DNA of 64,000 nucleotides, from NCBI RefSeq assembly GCF_046119375.1, contig NW_027362770.1, positions 182,280,001 through 182,344,000 of the forward strand. Reading direction: 5' to 3'. Position 1 is the first letter of the stretch. Each line of letters begins with the position of its first letter. Below the pieces are notes generated by a model, which ran no database searches, was not told the DNA's origin, and saw only the letters and a program-made list of their open reading frames with translations. This document shows positions 11,151-25,004 of this stretch, one piece after another. Source of the stretch: Phyllobates terribilis (Eukaryota). Both the position numbers and the translations under genes were made by a program.

Positions 11151-12029
11151 CATAACATGCTAATGTTAATCTAGGTGACACCTTTAATACTTTTAAGACG
11201 TGGAGCCCCAAACTGGATCCCATATTATAAAGGCTACCCCTCTATAAATATCTAGAGGCCACAAATACATTGGGATCAAATGATCTCTTTATACATCCTC
11301 AAATCGTATTTGCTTTTGTTGCTGCTGCCTGATATTGATTGCTCAACTTGTAACCAGAACTCCCAAGTCCTTCTTTTCTGTAGACTGGAACTTTACTCTC
11401 CTTCACAAGGTCATTAATGAAGAGATTAAAGATAATTATTCCAAACCTCTTTTTGGCCCCTACTGCTCCCAGTCCAGATCCTTGTGGTCCCCACCTAACA
11501 GATTATTAGATGAATCACCTGATGTAGAGGTAAAAGCTTTGCATCAGACAGAATTCACACTTTGTAAAGAGGAGCAGCAGAAAAAGGTGGTGATCCAGTG
11601 ATCTGCCTTATCTGACCTCTTTATTGTGGGGTCAGGGTGTTTCAGGAGAAGGGATGAGTTCCTGAAGCACTTTTCATTTATGGTGCAGGGGTTTGTGGGG
11701 ACTGTAAATGATCAATAGGGTGGTCTCCAATGTAGGGGCTGCGGGATCTGAGTATCTGGTATATATGGGGGTATACGGAGCACTATATGGGGAGTATACA
11801 GCACCACATAATGATTTACAGCAGTATATGGAGGATCTATAGCACTATATAAAGGGTATACAACATTATATGGATGGTATATAGCATTATAAGGGGGTAT
11901 ACAGCTGGATATGTAGGGTATACTTCACTATCAGAACCATTTGTGACCAACATCCTCATGATAGAAAGTGGAAAAAGGACAGTAAAAAGGGCGGGAAATT
12001 CAAAATCCCCAACAGTTCTGTGCTTCGCC

Positions 12030-12240
12030 CACATCTGCTCCCAGTACAGATCCTTGAGGTCCCCACTTCTGGCAATATCATACTTAGAAAATCTACCATT
12101 TAAAACATGTTTCCTGTCCCTTAACCAGTTCTTCACCCATCTGCATACTGGACCGAGTCCCGGCTTCTGGCTGTTGTGTGGTTCAGCGTCAGACGCCTTT
12201 GCAAAGTCCAGATATATCACATCGGACGCATGACTAACAA
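12030..12240 (-). mobile_element. Degenerate CR1 LINE RT fragment
   Basis: Translation DVIYLDFAKASDAEPH...RWVKNWLRDRK resembles the CR1 RT motif D.VYLDF.KAFD.VPH...WI.NWL.DR. Confidence 0.55.
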
Positions 12241-12382
12241 CCAAAATAGCACTTACCTTCTCAGAAGTCTAACATGTAGGTTAGGCATAACTTCTCTTTC
12301 ATGGATCCATCCTGGTGGTCAACTATATTTTCTGCAATACGTTTTTGCAAAGAATTTCTTGCAGGACACAGACAAGTAGCCA

Positions 12383-12423
12383 CAGCTCTGATGTAGACGA
12401 GGTGGGTGGCTCTTAGAAGAGCC
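12383..12423 (-). terminator. Histone 3' stem-loop and downstream element of H2B copy 1
   Basis: GGCTCTTCTAAGAGCC (12408-12423) flanked by ACCCAAA and ACCCA; CAGAGCTG U7-binding-like element at 12383-12390. Confidence 0.92.
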
Positions 12424-12454
12424 TTTGGGTTGGTGGAGCAGAGCTTGGAGCAGA

Positions 12455-13557
<1,103 letters not shown>

Positions 13558-13592
13558 GCGCCGCTGATCCTGTATCATCCACACAACCCAAA

Positions 13593-13633
13593 GGCTCTTC
13601 TAAGAGCCATCCACACCGTCACCACAAGAGCTG
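13593..13633 (+). terminator. Histone 3' stem-loop and downstream element of H2A
   Basis: GGCTCTTCTAAGAGCC at 13593-13608; ACAAGAGCTG at 13624-13633. Confidence 0.92.
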
Positions 13634-13684
13634 GCGCCGCTGATCTCAGGAATTATCTGTTCTATAGCAGAGATTATTTATATA

Positions 13685-15500
13685 GCACCGTTAATTCCAT
13701 AGTGTTGTACTGTACATGAGGAGGGGTTACTTACAGAATGTAAACTAACAATGATAGATTGGAACAGAGGGAAGAGGACCCTGCCTTTGTAGGCTTATAT
13801 TCTACAGGATGATGGGGAAGGAGACTGTAGGTTGAAGGGGGGGGGGGGGGTTGCAGTGGCAGCGGGGTCATTGCAGGTTGTAAAATTTCTTGCAGAGATG
13901 GGTTTTCATGTTACGTTTGAAGGATCCGAATGTGGATAATCGGACATGTTGGAGCAAAGAATTCCAGAGGATGGGGGATAATCTGGAGAAGTCTTGGCGG
14001 CAATTGGGTGAGGAACAAATAAGTGTGGAGGAGAGGAGACTGAAGATATCGGTAGATTAGTTCGGAGATGTACGGAGGAGAAAGGTTATGGATGGCTTTG
14101 TTTTAGATCGATGAATTGGGAGCCAATGAAGGGATTTGTAAAGGGGGGACGAGCGAGATGAACTAGTGAGGCAGCAGAGTTAAGGACGGACTGGAGAGGT
14201 GCGAGAGTGTTCGCAGGTAGGCCACAGAGGAAGATGTTGCAGTAGTCGAGGCGGGAGATGATGAGGGCATGCACAATCATTTTAATAGATTGAGGGTTGA
14301 GGAAAGGACGGATTCTGGAAATATTTTTGAGCTGGAGGTGGTAAGTTTGTATGTGGGTTTTGAAGGACTGAGCAGAGTCAATGGTTACTCCAAGGCAGTG
14401 AATTTCCGGCACAGGGGAATATATGATGTCATTTATTGTGATGGGGTAGAGTGGATACGTGAGACGGAGGAAAGATTGAGTACAGATTTGTCCACATTGA
14501 GCTTGAGGAAGCGAGAGGAGAAAAAGGAGGATATGGCTGATACTCCGGGATTCTGGACAGCAGAGAGGTACAGGCGCATCTCGTAAAATGTGAATATCAT
14601 CAAAAAGTTAATTTATTTCAGTTCTTCAATACAAAAAGTGAAACTCATATTATATAGATTCATTACAAACAGAGTGATCTGTTTCAAGTGTTTATTTCGG
14701 TTAATGTTGATGATTATGGCTTACAGCCAATGAAAACAGAAAAATCATTCTCAGTAAATTAGAATGCTTGAAAAATGATTTTAAAATCCGAAATGTTGTC
14801 CTACTGAAATGTATGTTCAGTAAATGCACAATATTTGGCAGGTGCTCCTTTAGCATCAATTACTGCATCAATGCGGCGATGTGGCATGGAGGTGATCAGC
14901 CTGTGGCTGCTGAGGTGTTATGGAAGCCCAGGTTGCTTTGATAGCAGCCTTCAGCTCGTCTGCATTGTTGGGTCTGGTGTCTCATCTTTCTCTTGACAAT
15001 ACCCTATAGATTATCTATGGCGTTAAGGTCGGGCGAGTTTGCGGGCCAATCAAGCACAGTGATACTGTTTGCTTGATGATATTCTAAATTTGTGAGATGC
15101 ACCTGTAGATCTGAGTTTCATCAGCATTCAGATGGTACTGAAAGCCATGGGACTTAAAGTTGTCCCAGGCCAAGGGTAAAGATGCATGAGTAAGAGACGA
15201 TGTGTAGTAGGAGGCAGTGGTCAACTGTATTGAAGGCAAAGGACAGGTCAAGAAGGAGGAGTATAGAATTGTCTGTTGGCTTTGGCTGTAAATCGTTAGT
15301 AATTTTGGTCTGGACATTTTCAGTGGAATGGTGGGAACGGAAGCCAGATTGTAGGTTGTCGAATAGTGAGTTACATGAGAGATTAGAGGAAAGTTCAGCG
15401 TGAACATGCTGCTCAAGGAGATTGAAAGCGAATAGGAGCAACGATATGGGGCGATAGCCCCCCTCCGTTATAGAGTTCATCTGGAGGCTCATGGAGCAAA
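13685..15500 (-). mobile_element. L2 LINE, 5'-truncated and degenerate, split by a Tc1 element
   Basis: [44 protein letters not shown] motifs; sequence is continuous across the Tc1 insertion (AGAGAGG-TA-GATCTG). Confidence 0.85.
14571..15105. mobile_element. Internally deleted Tc1/mariner element
   Basis: TIRs CAGGCGCATCTCGTAAAATGTGAATATCATCA and TGATGATATTCTAAATTTGTGAGATGCACCTG; TA target duplication at 14569-14570 and 15106-15107. Confidence 0.85.
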
Positions 15501-15804
15501 CAGTGTCAGAGTCTTAATATCTGCGATATGCTGTGAAAAGGGAGAAGAGAGGGAAAGAATAGGGAAAGGATGTGAATAAAAATTAACTTTTATTAATTAT
15601 TAAATCAAATATTCATTTCTTAATAACAATTGTACATACATCCAGTTGAGGATGTATATTGGATCACAGTTAATGAATTAGTATGTATTATTGGTGACCA
15701 TGATCCACTAAAGTCCAGATAGAAAACAGATAAAGGGGATGTAATCTATTGTAGATTCCTAACCAGTGTCCCTATTTTAATTAACGGTTGGGTTTATATA
15801 TTAA

Positions 15805-16175
15805 CTAGACGGTGGCCCGATTCTAACGCATCGGGTATTCTAGAATATGTATGCGGCCGACCGGGCGAAATCAGCAGAGCGGTATTTAAATTTGGCGCAA
15901 AAATCGCTGATTGGTCGTCCGCGACCAATCAGCACAGCAGTGTTTAAATATGTCGGTAAGATCGCTGATTGGTTGCCTGCAGTGTCCGCGACCAATCAGC
16001 ACAGCAGTGTTTAAATGTGGCGCCAAGATCGCTGATTGGTCGTGGGCTAACGGCCGCCATCTTTTTTCTGAAATCCCGCGTCGCTGATTTGCCGCTGGCG
16101 GACCAATGAGCGAGGCGGGATTTCCTGGACAGACAGACAGAAAGACAGACGGGATAAGACGATTATATATATAGA
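15805..16175 (-). mobile_element. Short non-autonomous Helitron, both termini present
   Basis: 5' TCTATATATATAATC at 16175; 3' CCCGAT/ATCGGG hairpin followed by CCACCGTCTAG and T. Confidence 0.82.
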
Positions 16176-17230
16176 GTAGATGGTGGCCCGATTCAAATGC
16201 ATCGGGTATTCTAGAATATGTATGCGGCCGACAGGGCGCAATCAGCAGAGCGGTATTTAAATTTGGCGCCAAAATCGCTGATTGGTCGAGGCCGGCAACC
16301 GTGACCAATCACCAAAGCGGTGTTAAAATTTGGCGCCTATATCGCAGATTGGTCACGGCCGACGGCCGCGACCAATCAGCAGAGCTGTGTTTAAATTTGG
16401 CGCCAATAATGCTGATTGGTCACCGCCGGTCGTTGCGACTAATCAGCAGAGCGGGGTTTAAATTTTGCGCCAATACTGCTGATTGGTCGCGGCTGGCGAC
16501 CGCGACCAATCAGCAGAGCGTTGTTAAAATTTGGCGCTAATGTTGCTGATCACTGATCTTGCTGCAAAAGTTAAACACTGCTGTGCTGATTGGTCGCGGA
16601 CGCTGCCCGCGACCAATCACCAATTTGGGCGACATTTAAATAGCGGCTGCGACCAATCACCGATCTTGCAGACACATTTAAACACCGCTGTGCTGATTGG
16701 TCGCGGCTGCTATTTAAATGTGGCGCCCAAATCGGTGATTGGTCACGGGCAGCGTCCGCGACCAATCAGCACAGCGGTGTTTAAATGTGGCGCCAAGATT
16801 GGTGATTGGTTGCGGGCGATATTTAAATGTGGCGCCCAAATGGGTGATTGGTCGCGGACAGCGAGCTGCTGCGAGCAGTCGCTCATGTCCCGGCTTCTCG
16901 CAGCGGAAGTAGCCGCACAGGCAGCGCCGCTCCCCGGTCATCACCAATACGATTTGCTGATTGGTCGGGTGCGGAGACCGGTGCAAAATTTAAACACCGC
17001 TGTGCTGATTGATCGCGGCCGCTGCCCGCGACCAATCACCGATTTGGGCGCCACATTAAATAGCGCCCGCGATCAATCACCGATGTTGACGCCACATTTA
17101 AACACTGCTGTGCTGATTGGTCGCGGCCAGCAATCCGTGAGCTTGGCGCCAAATTTAAACAACGCTCTGCTGATTGGTCGCGAACGCCAGCGGTGACCAA
17201 TCAGCGATTTTGGCGCTAAATTTAAACATC
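16176..17230 (-). mobile_element. Second Helitron copy, head-to-tail, 5'-truncated, with ~40-bp CCAAT/ATTTAAAT repeat arrays
   Basis: 3' end hairpin plus CCACCATCTAC directly abuts the 5' TC of the first copy; repeat units occur in both orientations. Confidence 0.75.
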
Positions 17231-17853
17231 GCTCTGCTGATGGTTGTTTTTAGCACTATTATTTTGCAGATAACTATACACAATGTAAATTTCTGCTTAT
17301 TTAGACTCACAGGTTTATATAGACAGGAAACAAAGGAATTGCAAGTATTCAGGGTGGTCCTGACATGCACAATGGATATGACCTGGAGTCTTGTATTTAA
17401 GGTGGGAGGGGTTCAAGTACTTGGGTAATTCAGGGAACAAGATGGAATATACAGAAAACAAGTTCCCTTCATGATACCATTCATCTAGTGCGATAGATGC
17501 CCATAAGCTTTCCACGCCCATACTGTACTGTACACCCTCCACAGTGCGGAGTAACCAGATATTTAGTCACCCTGCAAGAGCTGATCACCCGGTGACAGCC
17601 GCCATCCTGACACCACATGTTACACAGAGCAGAAGAGATCAGCCTCAGAGCAGGAATCACACTCCGTGCTCAGCCAATCAGCGCTCAGCAGGGCTATGGC
17701 TCCGCCCACAGGCAGCTCCTCAGTGTTAACCCATTAGCGCCTGCGATGTCTCCAGCCGCCCCTGGAGCAGCAGCCTGCAGTCACCCCAGCACAGGGGGTC
17801 TCCAGCCCCTCGCCCTCCCCAGCAGCAGGAGCTCCTCCTCAGAAGATGTGGGC

Positions 17854-17869
17854 GGCTCTGAGAAGAGCC
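17854..17869 (-). terminator. Histone 3' stem-loop of H4
   Basis: GGCTCTTCTCAGAGCC 28 nt after the stop, followed by purine-rich GAGGAGGAGCT. Confidence 0.9.
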
Positions 17870-17897
17870 TTTGTGTTGTTAGAGCAGAACAGAAGCA

Positions 17898-18428
<531 letters not shown>

Positions 18429-18539
18429 CTACTGTGATGGTGGAAATAGTCACAGCCCTGATTCCTCTCTGGTGACATCCTGCTCGGAGGAATTACACTG
18501 TGACACCTGGAAATAACTCACTGTGAGGTCTATAGAGTT

Positions 18540-18780
18540 ATATACTCTCCTCCATCCAGCGATGTATAAGCTCCATATCCTGCTGTATACCCCTATATAG
18601 CGCTGTATAAACTCCATATACAGTTTCCCCATATAGTGCTGTATACCTTTAATATACGGCTATATATCCCCCATATCCTGCTGTATACCCCTATATACCC
18701 TCCATATAGTGCTGTATACCTTTAATATACGGCTGTATTCCTCCATGAAGCGCTTTATACCCTCCATATTGTGCTCATTT
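18540..18780. repeat. Histone-flanking minisatellite (TATATGGAGGGTATACAGCA-like)
   Basis: Imperfect ~20-bp units; related arrays at about 10760-10810, 11760-11920, 34130-34290, 36290-36560 and 50780-50940. Confidence 0.8.
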
Positions 18781-19123
18781 ATCTCAGCGGCAGGTTCTGC
18801 TGCAATAAACAAGTGATCGGCTTCTCAGTGACAGATTCAGATCTAGAAATCGATCAATCTTTAGGAGCTTATTGACCAGGTGCCTTCACCAGTCTGCGGA
18901 GCAAAAGGTGTGTAACATCAGAGGAGGATCAGCGAGAAAGTGCTGGAAACGTGCCGAGCACTGAAAGAGTTAACAGCCCATCTCCATCTATTGGCAGCAG
19001 AACAATGGAAACAGAGGGCACTAGGACCCAGTATTCTGGGAGAGAACAGGATTCCACGAGTGAGGGGTGAACTATAGAAACAGCAATAACCCACAAGGGG
19101 CACAATGATCCCATCAAGGTAAA

Positions 19124-19672
19124 TCACTAGCACCAGGGATCCGATATATAAAAAGTAACTTTTAATAGAGAATTTTATAACTGCAGCTAAACCAACAGAT
19201 AGATATCTAAACAGATACAAAACATATAGTGCAAAAGTCAACCAGTGCAATAATAAAAATGGTACTGTCACCACTTGTAGAGTTGTGAAGAGGCCGTCCA
19301 TATAATCAGGAGGGGCATGGATACGAGGGCTCCCTAATTTCCCTGTAGTGCCCCGAGCAGGTCTCCCGTCCGGACAAGGACAGAACCAAAGTGCGGTCTA
19401 TCCCGCTAGTGATGTCTCGGGTTTGTATGGAGACATTACAAGCAGGATAGACCACATTTGGGTAAAGTCCTTGTCAGGACACGACAGGGTTTATATGGAC
19501 AGCCTCTTCAGAAGACTACAACTGGTGAGACTGTAATATGGTTTATTATTGACTTTTGCACTTTATATGCAGGTTTTGTGTCTGTTTAGATTATTGTTGG
19601 TTTAGCTGCAGTGTTAAAATAATCTGTTAAAAGTGACTTTTTAATTCTATATCAGACCCCTGCTGCTAGTGA
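19124..19672. mobile_element. ~550-bp foldback element; second copy 35384-35932
   Basis: Arms 19124-19305 and 19491-19672 are imperfect inverted repeats with a further inner hairpin; absent from the spacer copy at 10760-11150. Confidence 0.7.
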
Positions 19673-19929
19673 AGGGTGAGCGAGTATCTATGGCTGCCGG
19701 CACCTGCTCCTCTATTATCAGACTTATCCCAATGTTCCACATCCCAATATAACTCATCCTCCCCATCTATTATCCTCTAAACCCTTCCTGCCCTCTATGG
19801 CTGGAAGTATTGACCCAAAATGGCCCTCCTGCTAACACACGAGGTACCAGTCAGTGCAGCCTCATGTTCCCCAGGGAGAGGAGCAAGACACGGACAAGCA
19901 GCCACAGCTCTGATGTAGACGGGGTGGGT

Positions 19930-19945
19930 GGCTCTTAGAAGAGCC
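19930..19945 (-). terminator. Histone 3' stem-loop of H2B copy 2
   Basis: GGCTCTTCTAAGAGCC followed by ACCCA and a CAGAGCTG downstream element. Confidence 0.92.
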
Positions 19946-19976
19946 TTTGGGTTGTGGGTACAGAGCTTGGAGCAGA

Positions 19977-20378
<402 letters not shown>

Positions 20379-20513
20379 TCACTGGAGAAAGAGAATAATG
20401 ATCCTGCTCCTCCCAGAGCGGCCGTATTTATAGACCGGACATGCAAATGAGCAATGCTGTCAGATCGCTGTTCTATTGGGTGAGAATGTCATATGACCAA
20501 TGGACATTCAATT

Positions 20514-22697
20514 ATGTCTGTCCAGCCTCTGTTTGAAGACGTCCATTGAAGGGGAACTCACCACCTCTCGTGGCCGCCTGTTCCACTCATTAATCACCCT
20601 AACTGTCAAAAAGTTTTTTCTAATATCTAATCTGTGTCTCCTCCCATTTAGTTTCATCCCATTGCTTCTAGTCTTTCCTTGTGCAAATGAGAATAAAGAT
20701 GATCCTTCTACAATGTGACAGCCCTTGACATATTTGTAGACAGCTATTAAGTCTCCTCTCAGTCTTCTTTTTTGCAAGCTAAACATTCCCAAATCCTGCA
20801 ACCGTTCCTCATAGGACATGGTTTGCAGACCAGTCACCATTCTGGTCGCTCTTCTCTGAACTTGCTCCAGTTTGTCTATGTCTTTTTTAAAATGTGGTGC
20901 CCAAAACTGTACACAGTATTCCAGATGAGGTCTGACCAAAGAGGAGTAAAGACCGATAATGACTTCACGTGATCTAGACTGTATGCTTCTGTTAATACAT
21001 CCCAGAATTGTATTTGCCTTTTTTGCTGCTGCATCACACTGTTGACTCATGTTCAGTCTATGATCTATTAGTATACCTAAGTCTTTTTCACATGTACTGT
21101 TGCTTAGTCCTATTCCTCCCATTCTGTATATGCTTTTTTCATTTTTATTGCCCAGATGTAGTACTTTGCATTTTTCCCTGTTAAAAACCATTCTGTTGGT
21201 TGCTGCCCACTGCTCCAGTTTATTTAGTTCTTTTTGAATCCTCTCTCTCTCTTCTCTAGTATTAGCTATCCCTCCTAGCTTTGTGTCATCAGCAAATTTA
21301 ATCAGTTTACCCTCAATTCCTTCATCTAAATCATTGATAAAGATGTTGAACAATACGGGTCCCAGGACGGAGCCCTGTGGTACCCCACTTGAGACATTCA
21401 TCCAGCTGGATGTGAAGCCATTTACAACCACCCTTTGAGTCCGATCACTAAGCCAGTTATGAATCCACCTAACAGTTGCCTGGTCCATTGCATACTTGGT
21501 CATTTTTTCAATAAGGATGGTGTGAGATACTTTGTCAAATGATTTGCTGAAGTCAAGATATACTATATCTACAGCATTTCCCTGATCCACCCAGTCAGTG
21601 ATTCTGTCATAGAAGGAAATTAAGTTAGTCTGACATGACTTGTTAGTTACAAACCCATGCTGACTCTGGTTAATCACTTCATTCTTATCCATGTACTTAC
21701 ATACATGTTGTTTAATAATTTGTTCAAAGATCTTTCCTGGTATAGAAGTCAGACTCACCGGCCTATAGTTCCCTGGGTCCACCTTCTTCCCCTTTTTGAA
21801 GATAGGAACAACATTTGCTTTTCTCCAGTCTTCTGGGACTTCTCCTGTTCTCCAAGAATTTTCAAAGATTATGGAGAGTGGTTCTAAAATTTCTTCTACG
21901 ATCTCCTTCAGTACTCTGGGGTGTAATTCATCTGGACCTGGAGACTTGAACTCATTTATGTTAGCTAAATATTCCCTCACAATCTTTCTGTTTACAGATA
22001 ACTTGGATTCCTCTATTCCTTTAAAAGGACAGTGAAGATCAGTTGATGTTACATTTTTTTCTGAGAGAAAACAGATGCAAAATAGGAATTAAAAAGTTCG
22101 GCCTTCTCAACATCCTCTCTTACCATTTCTCCATTTTCATCCTGTAAAAATCCTATAGCATCTTTGACTTTTCTTTTACTTTTGACATACCCCCAAAATC
22201 CTTTTTTATTGCTTTTGACATCTCTTGCAAGCCTTAATTCATTGTCAGCTTTAGCTATCCTGATACGTTCCCTACAGGATCTGCAGACTGCATTATAATC
22301 TTCTTTAGATATGCCTCCCTCTTTCCATTTAATAAACATTTCTTTCTTTCTTTTTAGCATGTGTTTAAGTTCTGTGTTCATCCATCCTGGTTTCCTTAAA
22401 TGCTTCCCATTCTTCCTACTTTTCGGGATTGTTAACGATTGTGCTTTGAGAATCTCATTTTTAAAAATTTCCCATCCTTCCTGGACATTTTTGTCCTTAA
22501 GGACATCCAGCCATTGGATCCCTCCTATTCTCTTTCTGAGTCTCTTAAAATCTGCCTTTCTAAAATCTAACCTTGAAGTTTGAGTCTTCACATGTCTTCC
22601 TCCTCTAGTTATCCAAAATTCTATAATAGCATGATCGCTGCCTCCTAGGGTCCCAGCCACCTTTACCTCCTCAACCATTTCCTCCCTGTTACTCAGG
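20514..22697 (-). mobile_element. CR1 LINE ORF2 (part of linker plus RT), truncated at both ends
   Basis: [40 protein letters not shown] motifs; single 1-bp frameshift in the A run near 22054-22060; no 3' UTR tail. Confidence 0.93.
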
Positions 22698-24159
22698 GTC
22701 CGGTTTCCCATCCTCCAGCCTCAAATCTCCATTTAACGGCATGGAATTTGAAAGGGCACTGTTCCAGCAAAGGTTTTTCCACAAATTTAGTAAACACTCT
22801 CCTATGTAGCAGAAAGCCCGTTACCACCCGCATTTATGCTAGAACTTGGAGAAAGTTCCTGTCCTTTGCAGAGTTCAGACTAGAGGATGGGATCCCTATT
22901 GGGAAGATACTAGAATTTCTACAGCTGGGTCTAGAACAGGGCCTAACCACTAGTACGTTGAAGGTACAAGTTTCGGCTTTAGGAGCCTTATTTTCTTTGG
23001 ATATATAGCAGCTAATTATTGGGTAGCACGGTTTATAAAAGCCTCTTTCAGGTGTAGACCTATTATTAAATCCAGACCCTCTCCCTGGGATTTAAACCTG
23101 TTCTTAAATGCCTTGACTAACACCCCCTTCGAACCTCTAGATTCAGCCACCCATAAAATTATTCTTCTTAAAACAGCCCAAACTTCGGCCAGAAGAGTAA
23201 CTGACATACAGGCTTTTTCTATGTCCCCACCATTTACTCAAATTATGGATGATAGAATTGTACTAAAACCTGACCCGGCTTTTCTTCCAAAAGTAGTCTC
23301 ACGTTTTCATAGAACTCAAGAGGTAAATCTTCCAACTTTTTGTTTCCCCCCTAAAAACCAGAAAGAGGAGAAACTACATACATTAGATGTTAGAAGGTGC
23401 GTGCTTAAATATCTGGAGGTTTCCCAGAGTTTTAGGAAAGATAGTTCCCTATTTATATGCCATCAGGGGGCTACGAAGGGTTGTAAAGCTTCAAAATCTA
23501 CAATTGCGAGGTGGATTAGAGAATCCATCACCCTCGCCTACTCCTCGGGAGATAAGGAAGTACCGGAAGGGTTGAGGGCACACTTCACCAGAGCAGTAGC
23601 AACTTCCTGGGCTGAGAAGACAGGGGTTTCCATTGAAGACATATGTAAGGCTGCCACCTGGTCTTCTCCCTCCACCTACTATAGGCATTATAGGTTAGAT
23701 TTGGGCAACTCCTCTGATCTCACCTTTGGGAGAAGGGTGCTTCGGGCTGTGGACCCTCCCTAATCTCCTTCGTCTCTGTAATTCTCTCATGGTGCTGTCA
23801 TGGGAGTACGAATAAAGCCTTAGTAACTTACAGGTAACTGGATTTTTCGGAGCCCATGACAGCACCCTTATATTGCCTCCCTACACTGGTGTTTTGCACC
23901 CCCATAAGGTTGTTTCCTTCTTTTTACACCCACGGGGGAAGTTAGTTAAAGTCGTTGGCTTAAATTGAATGTTGTGTTTTATCTTGTTGTAATTAACCAT
24001 GGCGGTCCTCTCATGCTCTGTTAACTTAAACTGAGGCGGGAGAGAGGTGCCGCCCTTTTTAACCTGTAGGTTTCCTGTCCTTGATGGGCGGATCCTCTCT
24101 CTCATGGTGCTGTCATGGGCTCCGAAAAATCCCGTTACCGGTAAGTAACTAAGGCTTTT
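22698..24159 (+). mobile_element. DIRS1-type retrotransposon 3' part: tyrosine recombinase, ICR and right terminal repeat
   Basis: SARR, RAHFTRAVATSWA, YYRHY motifs, stop at 23763; duplicated CTCTCATGGTGCTGTCATGGG; terminal inverted segments at about 23814-23848 and 24125-24159. Confidence 0.88.
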
Positions 24160-25004
24160 TGTCTCATCTATTCATAGCACATTCTCCCAGGAGCTTTGTG
24201 GCTTGTCAACATGTAGTTTGGCAAATTCCAGTCTGGCTTTTTTATGATTTTTTTTCAACAATGGTGATCTCCTTGGTCATCTCCCATGAAGTCCTCTTTG
24301 GATCAAACAACAACGGATGGTGCTATCTGACACTGATGTTCCTTGAGCTTGAAGTTCACATTTAATCTCTTTAGAATTTATCCTGAGCTCTTTTGTTACC
24401 ATTCGTATTATCCGTCTCTTTGATTTGTCATCAATTTTCCTCCTGCGGCCACGTCCAGGGAGGTTGGCAACAGTCCCATGGATCTTACATTTCTGAATAA
24501 TATGTGCAACTGTAGTCACAGGAACATCAAGCTGCTTGGAGATGGTCTTATAACATTTACATTTAACATGCTTGTCTAGAATTTTCTTTATAATCTCCTG
24601 AGACAACTCTTTCTTTTGCTTCCTCTGGTCCATGTTGAGTGTGGTACACACCATGTCACCAAACAGCACAGTGAGTATCTGTAGCCCTGTATACAGGCCC
24701 ACTGACTGATAACAAGATTGTAGACACCTGTGATGCTAATTAGTGGACACAACTTGATTTAACATGTCCCTTTTGTCACATTATTTTCAGGGGTCCCATC
24801 ATTTCTGCCCAGGCCTATTTCATGAGTTTAATTTTTTTTAAAATTCTGTGGAAGCAGGGTTGAAAAGCAATGACTGACTTTCATTTGTTCATTTTCAAAG
24901 ATTTTTAATTTATTATTACTTTTGTCAGATTCAAGTTATTTCTATGACCATTGTGGGTTTTTCTTTCATTAAACGAGGAGTACCAACAATTTTGACCATG
25001 TGTG
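24160..25004 (-). mobile_element. Tc1 transposon, 5' half
   Basis: TIR CACACATGGTCAAAATTGTTGGTACTCC after TA (25005-25006); paired-like domain KELSQEI...GYK-like TISKQL...LPGRGRRRK. Confidence 0.85.

Noticed and set aside
15850-17230. Regular ~40-bp repeats resembling a CRISPR array, and 221-aa repetitive ORFs
   Set aside because: No unique spacers, mixed orientation, no cas genes, eukaryotic context; internal Helitron repeats.
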